A stretch of 55,200 nucleotides of DNA from positions 1 through 55,200 of the forward strand of contig CALWOY010000041.1 of assembly GCA_944383255.1 (NCBI GenBank), in the 5' to 3' direction. This document shows, piece after piece, positions 1-9,600 of this stretch. The DNA comes from an uncultured Clostridia bacterium (GTDB lineage: Bacteria > Bacillota > Clostridia > Christensenellales > UBA1242). The notes below the pieces were generated by a model that did no database searches, had not been told where the DNA came from, and saw only the letters and a list, made by a program, of their open reading frames with translations. Position 1 is the first letter of the stretch, and every line of letters begins with the position of its first letter. The translations under genes were made by a program, and so were the position numbers.

Positions 1-27
1 AAAAATAGTGGCAGTTCTTGCCACTAT
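1..27 (-). terminator. Rho-independent terminator downstream of the PFOR gene (cut by window edge)
   Basis: Perfect 9-bp stem ATAGTGGCA/TGCCACTAT (5-13 / 19-27) with a 5-nt loop. On the minus strand it is followed by a T-run (A1-A5 on plus). Confidence 0.5.
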
Positions 28-85
28 GTTGCAGACATAAATGTTTTTATGTTCTGCTTTTTTATTTTGTGCCTTAAATACTATT

Positions 86-3000
86 TTATTCATCATTATT
101 TTGAATTTTTAGCATATCTTTTAAAAATTTTCGTCTTTGTTCGGCATCGTGAGCGCTTTGTTTAAATAGTTGTTCTGCTCGAGAACTATCAATCTTTTTA
201 AGTGAAGTAAATCTTGTTTCGGTATTCAAAAACTCCATATAATCTTTTGTTGGCTCACCACTATCAAGTGAAAGTGGCTTTTCAAGGGTAGGGTTGAAAC
301 GGTACAAATTCCAATACCCACATTCAACGCATAGTTTCATATGGCTATGCGACATTGACATATCAAAGCCGTGGTTTATGCATGGAGCATAACAAATAAC
401 TATACTTGGACCGTCAAAGGCTTCTGCTTCTGCTAGTGCTTTAATGGTTTGGTTTGGGTCAGCACCAAGGCTAACGCTTGCAGCATAGCAGTTCTTATTT
501 GCCATGAAAATTGCACCAAGGTCTTTCTTTTGAGTGATTTTTCCGTTAGCACTAAACTTTTCAACGCTTCCTCTTGGACTCGCTTTTGATGCTTGCCCGC
601 CAGTATTGCTATAAACTTCGCTATCAAGCACCAAAATATTTACATTTTCTCCGCTATTTAGCACGTGGTCCAGACCACCATAGCCAATATCATAAGCCCA
701 GCCGTCGCCACCTATTATCCAGATGGATTTTTTTACAAGATAATCGCAAAGACCCAATAGCATTTCATAGTCACTATCGTTGTTCTTTGATAGGTGATAG
801 GTTGCAATGGTTTTGACTTTTGTTTGTTCTTCATAACTTAAAGACTTTTCGGTTAGGAATTTATTTAATAGTGGACTTAATTCATCTTCACATTTGGGTA
901 AAATTTTTTTAATGATTTTGATAAGCATGTTTTGATTTTGTCTTTGACTTAGTGCCATTCCATAGCCAAATTCTGCATTATCTTCAAATAATGAATTTGC
1001 CCAAGCAACGCCGTGTCCTTTTTTATCTTTTGCATAAGGGCATACAGGATATGAGCCACCATAAATAGAACTACAACCAGTGGCGTTGGCTACAATCATC
1101 TTATCACCAAAAAGTTGTGTTAAAATTTTGATGTAAGGAGTTTCTCCACAGCCAGCACAGGCATAACTGAATTCAAAGTATGGGTCAAAAAATTGCAAGC
1201 CTTTTGCTGAATTTTTTTTGAAAATTGAATGGTATTTGTCTACTTTTAATGAATTTTCATAATTTTTTTGTTCTTTTTCTTCAATTTTGTCGAAATCTAC
1301 CATTTCTAGTGCTTTTTTAATTGCTGGGCAGGTGTTAGCACAAACTCCGCAACCAGTACAGTCAAGTGGACTTAATTGAATTTTAAATTTATATCCCGGC
1401 ATAGCAATTGCGTCAATGTAAGTCTGGTCGGCTTGCTCAGATTTTGTAAGTATGCTTCTTAGTGCAGAATGTGGGCAGGCAATGGTGCAGTTGCCACACT
1501 GAATACAATTTTCTTTTATCCACTTAGGCAAGTTAATTGCTATGCCACGTTTTAAATATTTTGATGTGTTGGTTGGGATGCTACCATCGATATTAAATTT
1601 TGAAACAGGTAAATTATCTCCTTTAAGTTTTTCTATTGGCAAAATGACATCATCAAAAAAATTGCTATCTGTTTTTGCGGGAGTGGTGTCGATATTTGAA
1701 TAGGTGAAGTTTGTGTAATCGATTTCTTTAACATTTTTAATTGCTTCGTCAATGCATCTATAATTTTTTAAAACAACATCGTCGCCTTTCTTTTGATATG
1801 AGCGTTTTGCATTATCCTTAATTTCTTGCACAATTTCTTTAAAATTACCTATGTTTGCAATTTTAAAAAATGCTGTTTGCATTATTGTATTTATTTTTCT
1901 TCCAAGACCGTTTTCATTTGCTATCTTTTGTGCGTCAATTACATAAAGTTTAGCATTGTGCTTTTTTAAATTGTCCAAAAATTCGCGGGGGAGAACTTTA
2001 GCAAGGTCACTTACTGAAAGTTTTGTATTCAATAATACAATTCCATTATCTTTTAATGAAGAAATAAGGTCATATCTTGCAACAAAAGTGAAATTATGAA
2101 TTGCAATTAGGTCATGTCTTTTTGGTTTATAAGCCCTGTTTATTGGTGCGTCGGAAATTCTAATATGCGAAGTTGTTAAACTTCCAGATTTTTTTGAATC
2201 ATATTCAAAAAATGCTTGAATAAACTTATTGGTTTTTTCGCCAATAATTTTAATGCTATTTTTATTCGCACTTACAGTTCCGTCAGAACCTAAACCATAA
2301 AATTTCATTTCGTAACAATTTTCTGTTATGTCAAAGTCAGAAAGTTCAAGTGAAGAGTGAGTTAAGTCATCGTCTATACCAACTGTAAAGTGATTTTTAG
2401 TTTTCTGTGAATTTAGATTATCAAAAACTGCTTTGACGCATGCCAAATCAAATTCCTTCCCACCAAGCCCATATCTTCCACCAAAAACTTTAATATTTAT
2501 ATTGTTTTCTGCAAGTGATGTTACAACATCAAGCATAAGTGGTTCGCCAACGCTTCCGCTTTCTTTTGTTCTATCCAAAACAGCAATTTTTTTTGTAGTT
2601 TTTGGCAAAATTTTTATAAACTCCTTATCAAAAAATGGACGATATAGTCTAACATTTATGACTCCAATTTTTTTGCCACGACTTGCAAAATATTCAACAT
2701 ATTCTTTAATTGTAGCGACAGAACTTCCCATTGAAACAATTATATTTTCAGCATCATTTGCACCATAGTATTCAAATGGGGCATAGTGTCTACCGCTGAT
2801 TCTTTCAATATCTTTAAAAGTTTCATATGCATACTTGTTTACATCTTCATAAACACTATTTGCTCGCTCTCTATTTTGAAAATACACATCTGGGTTTTGT
2901 GAGGTGCCTCTTGATATGGGATTGGTTGGAGTAAGTGCATGATTTTTAAACTCAAAATATTTTTTATATGGGAAAATGCTTTTTATATTATTTATGTTTA

Positions 3001-3559
3001 GGGTTTCAATTTTTTGCATTTCATGACTTGTTCTAAAACCGTCAAAAAAATGTAAAAATGGCAAACTGCATTTAAGTGTCATTATATGTGAAAATAGTGC
3101 CATATCATAGCACTCTTGCACATCTTTAGAGCATACCATACAAAAACCAGTACTTCTTGTAGACATTACATCGCTGTGGTCACCAAATATGCTTAGGGCA
3201 TGGGTGGCGAGTGCACGAGCAGAAACATGCAAGACGACAGGAAGACATTGACCTGCGATTTTATACATATTTGGTATCATTAAAAGAAGCCCTTGGCTTG
3301 ATGTAAAAGACGAAGCAAGGCTACCTGTTTGTACAAGCCCATGGAGTGCTCCTGCGGCACCACCTTCGGACTGCATTTGTTTTACTAAAACTTCATTACC
3401 AAATATATTTTTTTTGCCCTGCGTTGACCATTGGTCAATAAGTTCCGCCATTGGTGATGATGGAGTTATTGGATATATAACGGCAACTTCTGTAAAATTA
3501 TATGCCATTTCGGCACATGCTGTATTGCCATCTACAATTTCATTTATTTTTTTAGACAT
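86..3559 (-). CDS. nifJ: Pyruvate:ferredoxin (flavodoxin) oxidoreductase, single-polypeptide PFOR
   Basis: 1157-aa ORF from the ATG at 3559 (MSKKINEIVDG) with GGAG upstream. The ORF-track start at 3766 adds 69 residues that look non-coding. Two 4Fe-4S motifs (CIQCGNCTIACP, CTGCGVCANTCP) and the TPP-binding GGDGWAYDIGYGG are present. Confidence 0.95.
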   Translation of the reverse strand: MSKKINEIVDGNTACAEMAYNFTEVAVIYPITPSSPMAELIDQWSTQGKKNIFGNEVLVKQMQSEGGAAGALHGLVQTGSLASSFTSSQGLLLMIPNMYKIAGQCLPVVLHVSARALATHALSIFGDHSDVMSTRSTGFCMVCSKDVQECYDMALFSHIMTLKCSLPFLHFFDGFRTSHEMQKIETLNINNIKSIFPYKKYFEFKNHALTPTNPISRGTSQNPDVYFQNRERANSVYEDVNKYAYETFKDIERISGRHYAPFEYYGANDAENIIVSMGSSVATIKEYVEYFASRGKKIGVINVRLYRPFFDKEFIKILPKTTKKIAVLDRTKESGSVGEPLMLDVVTSLAENNINIKVFGGRYGLGGKEFDLACVKAVFDNLNSQKTKNHFTVGIDDDLTHSSLELSDFDITENCYEMKFYGLGSDGTVSANKNSIKIIGEKTNKFIQAFFEYDSKKSGSLTTSHIRISDAPINRAYKPKRHDLIAIHNFTFVARYDLISSLKDNGIVLLNTKLSVSDLAKVLPREFLDNLKKHNAKLYVIDAQKIANENGLGRKINTIMQTAFFKIANIGNFKEIVQEIKDNAKRSYQKKGDDVVLKNYRCIDEAIKNVKEIDYTNFTYSNIDTTPAKTDSNFFDDVILPIEKLKGDNLPVSKFNIDGSIPTNTSKYLKRGIAINLPKWIKENCIQCGNCTIACPHSALRSILTKSEQADQTYIDAIAMPGYKFKIQLSPLDCTGCGVCANTCPAIKKALEMVDFDKIEEKEQKNYENSLKVDKYHSIFKKNSAKGLQFFDPYFEFSYACAGCGETPYIKILTQLFGDKMIVANATGCSSIYGGSYPVCPYAKDKKGHGVAWANSLFEDNAEFGYGMALSQRQNQNMLIKIIKKILPKCEDELSPLLNKFLTEKSLSYEEQTKVKTIATYHLSKNNDSDYEMLLGLCDYLVKKSIWIIGGDGWAYDIGYGGLDHVLNSGENVNILVLDSEVYSNTGGQASKASPRGSVEKFSANGKITQKKDLGAIFMANKNCYAASVSLGADPNQTIKALAEAEAFDGPSIVICYAPCINHGFDMSMSHSHMKLCVECGYWNLYRFNPTLEKPLSLDSGEPTKDYMEFLNTETRFTSLKKIDSSRAEQLFKQSAHDAEQRRKFLKDMLKIQNNDE

Positions 3560-3663
3560 ATTTACTCCTAGTATAATATGTGAATTTCTTTTTAAGATTA
3601 ACACAAAATGCATTTGTGTGTAAAATATTTTACAAATATCACAAATTGCTTTAATATAAACAT

Positions 3664-4401
3664 ATGAAAAGAATTTGTATATGTTTTTCATATAAGGGCA
3701 CGGCATATTCGGGGCTGGTGGTTCAACCGGGCAAAGATACAATAGAAAAAAGAATAGAAGACGCACTTTACATTGTCACAAAAGAAAAAATAAGAATTTA
3801 TCCAAGTGGAAGAACTGATGCAGGTGTGCATGCACTAAGACAATATGCACACTTTGATACAAAGTCTAGTATTGCATGTGAAAAGTTTGTTACTGCCATA
3901 AACACGTATTTGCCAAATGATATAAGAATACTTTTTGCAAAACAAGTCGAACCTAATTTTGATGCAAGAAAAAATGCTAAATTAAAAACTTATGTTTACA
4001 CAGTTAACACATCAAAGATTACAAGCCCATTTCTTTATGATTATGTTTGTGAGAAAAAACATTGTTATGATTTAAATACACTAAATAATATAAAAAGTAA
4101 AATTGAGGGCACTCATGACTTTAAAGCATTTTGTGCTTCTCGCTCTGGCAAAGTTGATTTTGTTAGAACAGTTAATAGCATTGAAATATCTCAAAAAGAA
4201 GATTTGATATTTTTTAAAATAACCGGAAATGGATTTTTATACAATATGGTTAGAATAATTGTAGGGACAATTTTGGACATCGCAGACAATGTTATACCAA
4301 TTTCAAATATTGATAAAATGTTTGAAACAGGGGAAAGAAAGTATGGCGGGCGCACACTTTGCGCTAAGGGACTAATGTTGTATGATGTTAAGTATTTATA
4401 A
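3664..4401 (+). CDS. truA: tRNA pseudouridine(38-40) synthase TruA
   Basis: 245 aa. N-terminal FSYKGTAYSGLVVQP and the catalytic-Asp box SGRTDAGVHA are typical of TruA. Confidence 0.9.
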   Translation: MKRICICFSYKGTAYSGLVVQPGKDTIEKRIEDALYIVTKEKIRIYPSGRTDAGVHALRQYAHFDTKSSIACEKFVTAINTYLPNDIRILFAKQVEPNFDARKNAKLKTYVYTVNTSKITSPFLYDYVCEKKHCYDLNTLNNIKSKIEGTHDFKAFCASRSGKVDFVRTVNSIEISQKEDLIFFKITGNGFLYNMVRIIVGTILDIADNVIPISNIDKMFETGERKYGGRTLCAKGLMLYDVKYL

Positions 4402-4544
4402 ATAATACTTGTCATTTTTAGGAGCGAAGCGACATAAAAATGTCAATTTTGCCTTCTTTAAATTATGTATATCTATTCTAAAATTTGCATAAATATGCAT
4501 ATTTAAAAACTTAAATTTAAGTTACAAATTTTGCAAAAATATGC

Positions 4545-4573
4545 TTGACATTACAATTTATATATTATACAAT
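4545..4573 (+). promoter_or_regulatory. Sigma-A type promoter of the rplM-rpsI operon
   Basis: TTGACA (4545-4550), 17-nt spacer, TACAAT (4568-4573). An AT-rich AAATTTTGCAAAAA lies just upstream. Confidence 0.55.
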
Positions 4574-4676
4574 AATGCTGTCTTTTTATTAAGGCATATT
4601 TTTTTGTAATGTTAGCCCCTTCAAAAAAGTTTGTCTTAAAAGTAAAAGTAGCACACAATTTTTTGGAGGAAATTAA

Positions 4677-5120
4677 ATGAAAACATTTATGCAAAAGCCA
4701 GAAAATGTGGAAAGGAAATGGTATGTTGTTGACGCTAGCAATATGCCACTCGGCAGACTTGCAAGTCAAGTTGCAGACATTTTGACAGGCAAAAACAAGC
4801 CAACATACACTCCACATGTTGATTCTGGTGATCATGTTATAGTTATAAATTCAGACAAAGTAGTTTTAACTGGTAAAAAACTTACTCAAAAAATGCTTAG
4901 AAGTCACTCGGGTTATGCTGGTGGACTTAAAGAAATGGACTATAAAACTGTTATGGCTACAAAGTCAAATATTGCAGTTGAGCGTGCAGTTAAAGGTATG
5001 CTTCCTAAAAACTCTCTTGGTAGAAAGCAATTCACAAGACTAAGAGTTTACAAAGATGCAAATCACGGTCATGAAGCACAAAAACCTGTTAATGTAACAC
5101 TAAAAGGAGTTAGAAACTAA
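4677..5120 (+). CDS. rplM: 50S ribosomal protein L13
   Basis: 147 aa. [17 protein letters not shown] and GMLPKN are hallmark L13 sequence. GGAGG RBS upstream. Confidence 0.97.
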   Translation: MKTFMQKPENVERKWYVVDASNMPLGRLASQVADILTGKNKPTYTPHVDSGDHVIVINSDKVVLTGKKLTQKMLRSHSGYAGGLKEMDYKTVMATKSNIAVERAVKGMLPKNSLGRKQFTRLRVYKDANHGHEAQKPVNVTLKGVRN

Positions 5121-5548
5121 TGGCAGAGAAAAAAACAACCAAAACTGCTAGCAAGAAAGTTGTTCAATTTCTTGGCACAGGCAGAAGAAAAAAAGCGATT
5201 GCAAGAGTTAGACTACTTCCAAACGGAACAGGCAAAATTACAATCAACAAAGTTGATATTGATGAATACTTTGGTCTTGACACATTAAAACTCATTGTTC
5301 GTCAACCACTTGAAGCAGTTGATGCTGTAAACAAATATGATATAATTGTAAACGTAATTGGTGGCGGTCTTTCAGGACAGGCTGGTGCAATAAGTCATGG
5401 TATTTCAAGAGCACTTATACTTGCTGATGAATCAACTAAGGCTGTTCTTAAAAAGGGTGGTTTCCTTACTCGTGACAGTAGAATGAAAGAAAGAAAGAAA
5501 TACGGTCTTAAAAAAGCACGTAAGGCTTCACAATTTAGTAAGAGATAA
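5120..5548 (+). CDS. rpsI: 30S ribosomal protein S9
   Basis: 142 aa. [12 protein letters not shown] and the C-terminal [12 protein letters not shown] are typical S9. The start overlaps the rplM stop (TAATG). Confidence 0.97.
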   Translation: MAEKKTTKTASKKVVQFLGTGRRKKAIARVRLLPNGTGKITINKVDIDEYFGLDTLKLIVRQPLEAVDAVNKYDIIVNVIGGGLSGQAGAISHGISRALILADESTKAVLKKGGFLTRDSRMKERKKYGLKKARKASQFSKR

Positions 5549-5562
5549 TTATACAAAATTAA

Positions 5563-5587
5563 GGGAAGAGAAATCTTCCTTTTTTTG
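5563..5587 (+). terminator. Intrinsic terminator after rpsI
   Basis: GGAAGA/TCTTCC stem with a short loop, followed by a T7 run. Confidence 0.6.
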
Positions 5588-5632
5588 TTTTTTATTTTGT
5601 CAGTTTTGTGTATAATATACAAAGAGGTTATT

Positions 5633-6547
5633 ATGTACGATTGCATTATTATAGGTTGTGGACCAAGTGGAATGACTTGTGCGTTATATTTAAAAAGGTC
5701 AGGCAAAAAAGTCTTGATACTAGAAAGAAGTATGCCGGGTGGACAAATGGTGATTACTACAAATGTTGAAAACTATCCCGGTTTTTCACATATTGATGGG
5801 GCTTCACTTGCAACATCCATGTTTGAGCAAATAACATCTATAGGTGTTGAAGTTATATTTGAAGATGTCATTGCTTGTGACCTTAAAGGCAAAGTAAAAA
5901 TAGTAAAAACCGACAAAAACCAGTATGAAAGCAAATGTGTATATATCGCCACTGGAGCAACATCAAGGCTTCTTAATGTCGAGGGTGAAAAAAGACTTAC
6001 ATCAAAAGGTGTAAGTTATTGTGCAACTTGTGATGGTGCACTTTATAAAGAAAAGGTAGTTGCAGTAGTTGGCGGTGGCAATACAAGTTTAGAAGATTGC
6101 TTGTATCTATCTAATGTTGCGAAGAAAATATATCTTATCCATAGGCGGGATGAATTTCGTGGCGATGAAATTTTAGTAAAACGAATAAAAGAACTTGAAA
6201 AACAAGGGAAGATTGAATTAGTTTTAAATAGTCAAGTAGTGGAAGTGCTTGGAGATGAAAAAGTTAGTGCAATAAAAGTTTTTAATAAAATTACTTCAAA
6301 TACCAAAACTCTTGACGTAGACGCACTTTTTGTTGCAATAGGCAGAACTCCTGATACAGAAATTTTTGGTGATTTAAAGCGAGATGATTATGGCTATATA
6401 GTTGTAGATGAAAATAAAAAGACGAGTATTTTAGGTGTGTTCTGTGGTGGAGATGTTTCCAATACTCATCTTCGTCAAATTATTACAGCATGTGGTGACG
6501 GTGCAACTGCCTCGCTTTCAATAAACGAATATCTTGCCAAGTATTAA
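5633..6547 (+). CDS. trxB: Thioredoxin-disulfide reductase
   Basis: Start moved to MYDCIIIGCGPSG (GAGG RBS). Redox-active CATCDG, NADPH motif GGGNTSLED and C-terminal GDGATAS are present. Confidence 0.9.
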   Translation: MYDCIIIGCGPSGMTCALYLKRSGKKVLILERSMPGGQMVITTNVENYPGFSHIDGASLATSMFEQITSIGVEVIFEDVIACDLKGKVKIVKTDKNQYESKCVYIATGATSRLLNVEGEKRLTSKGVSYCATCDGALYKEKVVAVVGGGNTSLEDCLYLSNVAKKIYLIHRRDEFRGDEILVKRIKELEKQGKIELVLNSQVVEVLGDEKVSAIKVFNKITSNTKTLDVDALFVAIGRTPDTEIFGDLKRDDYGYIVVDENKKTSILGVFCGGDVSNTHLRQIITACGDGATASLSINEYLAKY

Positions 6548-6548
6548 A

Positions 6549-6977
6549 CTATTCTTGCAAGTAAGTTTTGATTTCTTCAAAACTCTGTTCTTCAAAGTTT
6601 TTTAAACTTTTTGCAAGGTCAACTATATCTTTGTCCGCATCTTTATATGTTTTTAATTCTTTATACAAACTTAGTGTTCCACGCACTGTTCCCAATAAAA
6701 ACAACTCTGCTATGTGTTCACTAGATTTATCAAATAGGGTAGACATTGATATTGACATTTTTAACATTGTTTTTGAGAAAAAACTAGCATCTTTTAATTC
6801 TAGTTTTTTTTCTTGTGCAATTTTTTTACATTGCTCTAAATATTTCATATATTTTTCTTGAGCATTTTTCATAAATTGTTTTAATTTTGTACTTCTAAAT
6901 TTAGGGTACATATTTTCTATTGATTGTACTGCCATTTTTGTATTTTTGTATATTTCATTTAAAAATTTTTGATTCAT
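6549..6977 (-). CDS. Hypothetical helical Lys/Glu-rich protein
   Basis: 142-aa ORF with coding-like composition and no TM segment. It is convergent with trxB. I do not recognise the family. Confidence 0.55.
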   Translation of the reverse strand: MNQKFLNEIYKNTKMAVQSIENMYPKFRSTKLKQFMKNAQEKYMKYLEQCKKIAQEKKLELKDASFFSKTMLKMSISMSTLFDKSSEHIAELFLLGTVRGTLSLYKELKTYKDADKDIVDLAKSLKNFEEQSFEEIKTYLQE

Positions 6978-7064
6978 TTTTTTCTCCTATTTTTATTATG
7001 TAATAAAATAAAATATTTATTAAAAAATTGAATATTTTTTTTATAAAATTACAAACCAAAATAT

Positions 7065-8483
7065 ATGAAAACAAATACAAAAATTTGGATAGTTGTGTTT
7101 TTGGTGTCGCTTGTTGGCGGTGCTGTGACATCATCATATCTATTTTCGGGAATATCTATAATAAATGGTAGAATTGTTTTTGATATATCTACTCTTGGAT
7201 GGGTATGTATTGCTTTTAATGTATTAAATTTAATAAGTGGTAATGTTTTATTTTTCAAGTTTTTGAAAACAAGAAAATTAAGTACAGTTTTGTTTCTTTC
7301 CACTGTTCCAGTAACACTTGTATTTGGTGGACTTATGTTTGGACTTTTTAGTATAAATAATTATTCTAATAGTCCTGCTGTTTTTGTTCGTACCGCACTT
7401 AATATAACCACTACAAATAACAATAATTATTATTGGATTATACTTTTAGCAATAGTCTATTTGTTTATTTTGGCTATAACATTTATGATTGCTACACGAC
7501 CAATAAAAAAAATTGAAACAGTCACAAAAAGGCTTGCATATGGAGAAGTTAAAGATAAAATAAATATTGGTGGAACAAAGCAATTCCAGGAAATTGAAAG
7601 TTCATTAAAAAAAATAAATGAAAATTATAAAATTAAAGATGAAGTAATAAAACAAACAAGTATAGAATATGAAAAATTTGTACCTAAAAAACTTATAAAA
7701 TTTTTGGGTAAAAAAAGCATAATAGAACTTGAAGTTGGAAGCCAAGTAAAAAAAACCGCTACTATGCTTTATTGCAATATAAAAAGTGGTGGTGTTGTTT
7801 CAAAAACTTTGAGTTTAGAGGATAACTTTAATTATGTCAACTCATATTTGAATGTAGTAACGCCAATAATACGCAAGTTTGGCGGTTTTGTAGATAAATA
7901 TTTAGAAAATGGACTTTTATCGGTTTTTATTTCACCACAAAGTGCCATTACTTGTGCAATAAACATATCTCGTGCCATAAAGCAAAAAAATTTATCTGAA
8001 GATATGCCTAAACTGGAAGTTGGGCTTATTGTTCATACAGATGAAATTATATTTGGTGTTGTGGGTGACGACCAAAGAAAAGCACCGACAATAGTAACAA
8101 ATTCGATGGAATTATTTTCAAAACTAGATGAGATAAATGAAACTTTTGGTTCGATTATGCTGGTCACAAAAAATACTTTAAATACATTGCCAACAACATT
8201 TAAATTAGCATATCGATATATAGGCGAAGTTGATATTGAGGGAACTGAACAATCTGTTTTTGAATGTCTTGAAGTGTTTGCAAGGCAGAAACGTGAAAAA
8301 TTGTATAAGCACCATTTAGAGTTTGAAAATGGAGTTCGGGCTTATCAAAAAGGAAATTTTGAACAAGCAAAACAAATTTTTGAAAAAGTTTATAGGCAAG
8401 AAAAAGATGATAAACCATGTTATGTTTATTTTAATAAAAGTACTGAAAAATTAGGACGTTTACCATTAAATGCACATGAGTAA
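7065..8483 (+). CDS. Multi-pass membrane protein with HAMP linker and degenerate class III nucleotide cyclase-like domain
   Basis: 472 aa. N-terminal hydrophobic helices, then a HAMP-like RPIKKIETVTKRLAYGEV. The cyclase-homology core is ATMLYCNIKSGG...FGGFVDKYLENGLLSVF...VGLIVHTDEIIFGVVGDD. The C-terminal end is TPR-like. Confidence 0.7.
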   Translation: MKTNTKIWIVVFLVSLVGGAVTSSYLFSGISIINGRIVFDISTLGWVCIAFNVLNLISGNVLFFKFLKTRKLSTVLFLSTVPVTLVFGGLMFGLFSINNYSNSPAVFVRTALNITTTNNNNYYWIILLAIVYLFILAITFMIATRPIKKIETVTKRLAYGEVKDKINIGGTKQFQEIESSLKKINENYKIKDEVIKQTSIEYEKFVPKKLIKFLGKKSIIELEVGSQVKKTATMLYCNIKSGGVVSKTLSLEDNFNYVNSYLNVVTPIIRKFGGFVDKYLENGLLSVFISPQSAITCAINISRAIKQKNLSEDMPKLEVGLIVHTDEIIFGVVGDDQRKAPTIVTNSMELFSKLDEINETFGSIMLVTKNTLNTLPTTFKLAYRYIGEVDIEGTEQSVFECLEVFARQKREKLYKHHLEFENGVRAYQKGNFEQAKQIFEKVYRQEKDDKPCYVYFNKSTEKLGRLPLNAHE

Positions 8484-8527
8484 TTTTTTGTAACACTTTT
8501 TGCATATATACTATTAAGGAGTCAAGT

Positions 8528-8824
8528 TTGGAAAGTTCATTTTTGGAACTTAGATGCAAAGAAGTGGTAAATGTCGTAGATGGGAAAAGACTTGGTCACA
8601 TTGTTGACATTGTTTTTGAATTGTCTACTGGTAATATTACGGGTCTTGTTGTACCTGGTGATAAAAATATTTGGAATGTCTTCAAATCGGGTGGGGAAAT
8701 TTTTGTACCATATAACCAAATCTGTAAAATTGGAGACGACACAATATTGGTTGAATTATACTCAACCGCTCCCAGAACTTCGAATACAATTTCATTTAGT
8801 GAAACAAAAAATAAAAAAAACTAA
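8528..8824 (+). CDS. YlmC/YmxH family PRC-barrel (sporulation-associated) protein
   Basis: 98 aa from a TTG start, with AAGGAG 7 nt upstream. LRCKEVVNVVDGKRLGHIVDIVFELSTGNITGLVVPG matches the YlmC/YmxH pattern. Confidence 0.8.
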   Translation: MESSFLELRCKEVVNVVDGKRLGHIVDIVFELSTGNITGLVVPGDKNIWNVFKSGGEIFVPYNQICKIGDDTILVELYSTAPRTSNTISFSETKNKKN

Positions 8825-8889
8825 CTTACATCTAGACAAATGATTTTCGTTATTGTATACTAATATAGCTGATACATTAGGAGTAACAA

Positions 8890-9327
8890 ATGAAGTGTTT
8901 GTATTGCGGTAACGCAGATAGTAAAGTTATTGACTCGAGAGAAACTGGTGACAATTCAATAAGGCGAAGACGAGAATGTCTTAAATGTGGCAAGAGATGG
9001 ACTACATATGAAACAATTGAAAGCACCCCAATACTTGTAATTAAGAAAAATGGAAGTATTCAGCCATTTGATAAAAACAAGATAATAAATGGGATTATTA
9101 AGGCTTGTGAGAAACGTCCTGTAAGTTTAATTCAAATTGAAACAATTGCAAGTGATATAGAGAAAAAATTGAAGGAAAGTACTCATGAGGTTGAATCAAT
9201 AAAAATTGGTGAAATGGTTATGGAAATGTTAAAGCCTTTGGATCAAGTTTCTTATGTGAGATTCGCTTCGGTTTATAGACAATTTACGGATGCCGCTAAT
9301 TTTATTGAATTTTTAAAAAATGAATAA
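8890..9327 (+). CDS. nrdR: Transcriptional repressor NrdR
   Basis: 145 aa. Zn-ribbon MKCLYCGNADSKVIDSRE...CLKCGKRWTTYE followed by an ATP-cone. Confidence 0.95.
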   Translation: MKCLYCGNADSKVIDSRETGDNSIRRRRECLKCGKRWTTYETIESTPILVIKKNGSIQPFDKNKIINGIIKACEKRPVSLIQIETIASDIEKKLKESTHEVESIKIGEMVMEMLKPLDQVSYVRFASVYRQFTDAANFIEFLKNE

Positions 9328-9344
9328 AAACATAAAAAATTTAT

Positions 9345-9377
9345 ATTCTTCATACAATGTGGTATGAAGAATTTTTT
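9345..9377 (+). terminator. Strong hairpin plus T-run after nrdR, overlapping the feoA start codon
   Basis: Perfect 11-bp stem ATTCTTCATAC (9345-9355) / GTATGAAGAAT (9362-9372), 6-nt loop, then T6. Confidence 0.6.
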
Positions 9378-9600
9378 CTTAAGTGATGTAAAATTTAATA
9401 CACAGTATACTATTGCGAATATATGTCATGATATTGATATAAAAATAAAAACTAGGCTTTTGGAGTTTGGATTTTTTTGTGGGCAAAAAATTATTGTTAG
9501 AAATAAATCTTTAAGAAATGGAGTATTACTTGTAGAACTTAAAAATCAAATGATTTCACTTAGGAAAGAAGAAGCCTCTTGTGTGGTAGTGTATGGATGA
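9364..9600 (+). CDS. feoA: Ferrous iron transport protein FeoA
   Basis: 78-aa SH3-like FeoA pattern (LSDVKFNTQYTIANI...RLLEFGFFCGQKIIV). The stop overlaps the feoB start. Confidence 0.8.
   Translation: MKNFFLSDVKFNTQYTIANICHDIDIKIKTRLLEFGFFCGQKIIVRNKSLRNGVLLVELKNQMISLRKEEASCVVVYG

Noticed and set aside
4574-4676. Ribosomal-protein L13 leader (autoregulatory RNA) upstream of rplM
   Set aside because: A leader of about 100 nt exists, but I could not recognise the conserved L13-leader structure by eye. It needs an Rfam cmsearch before being called.
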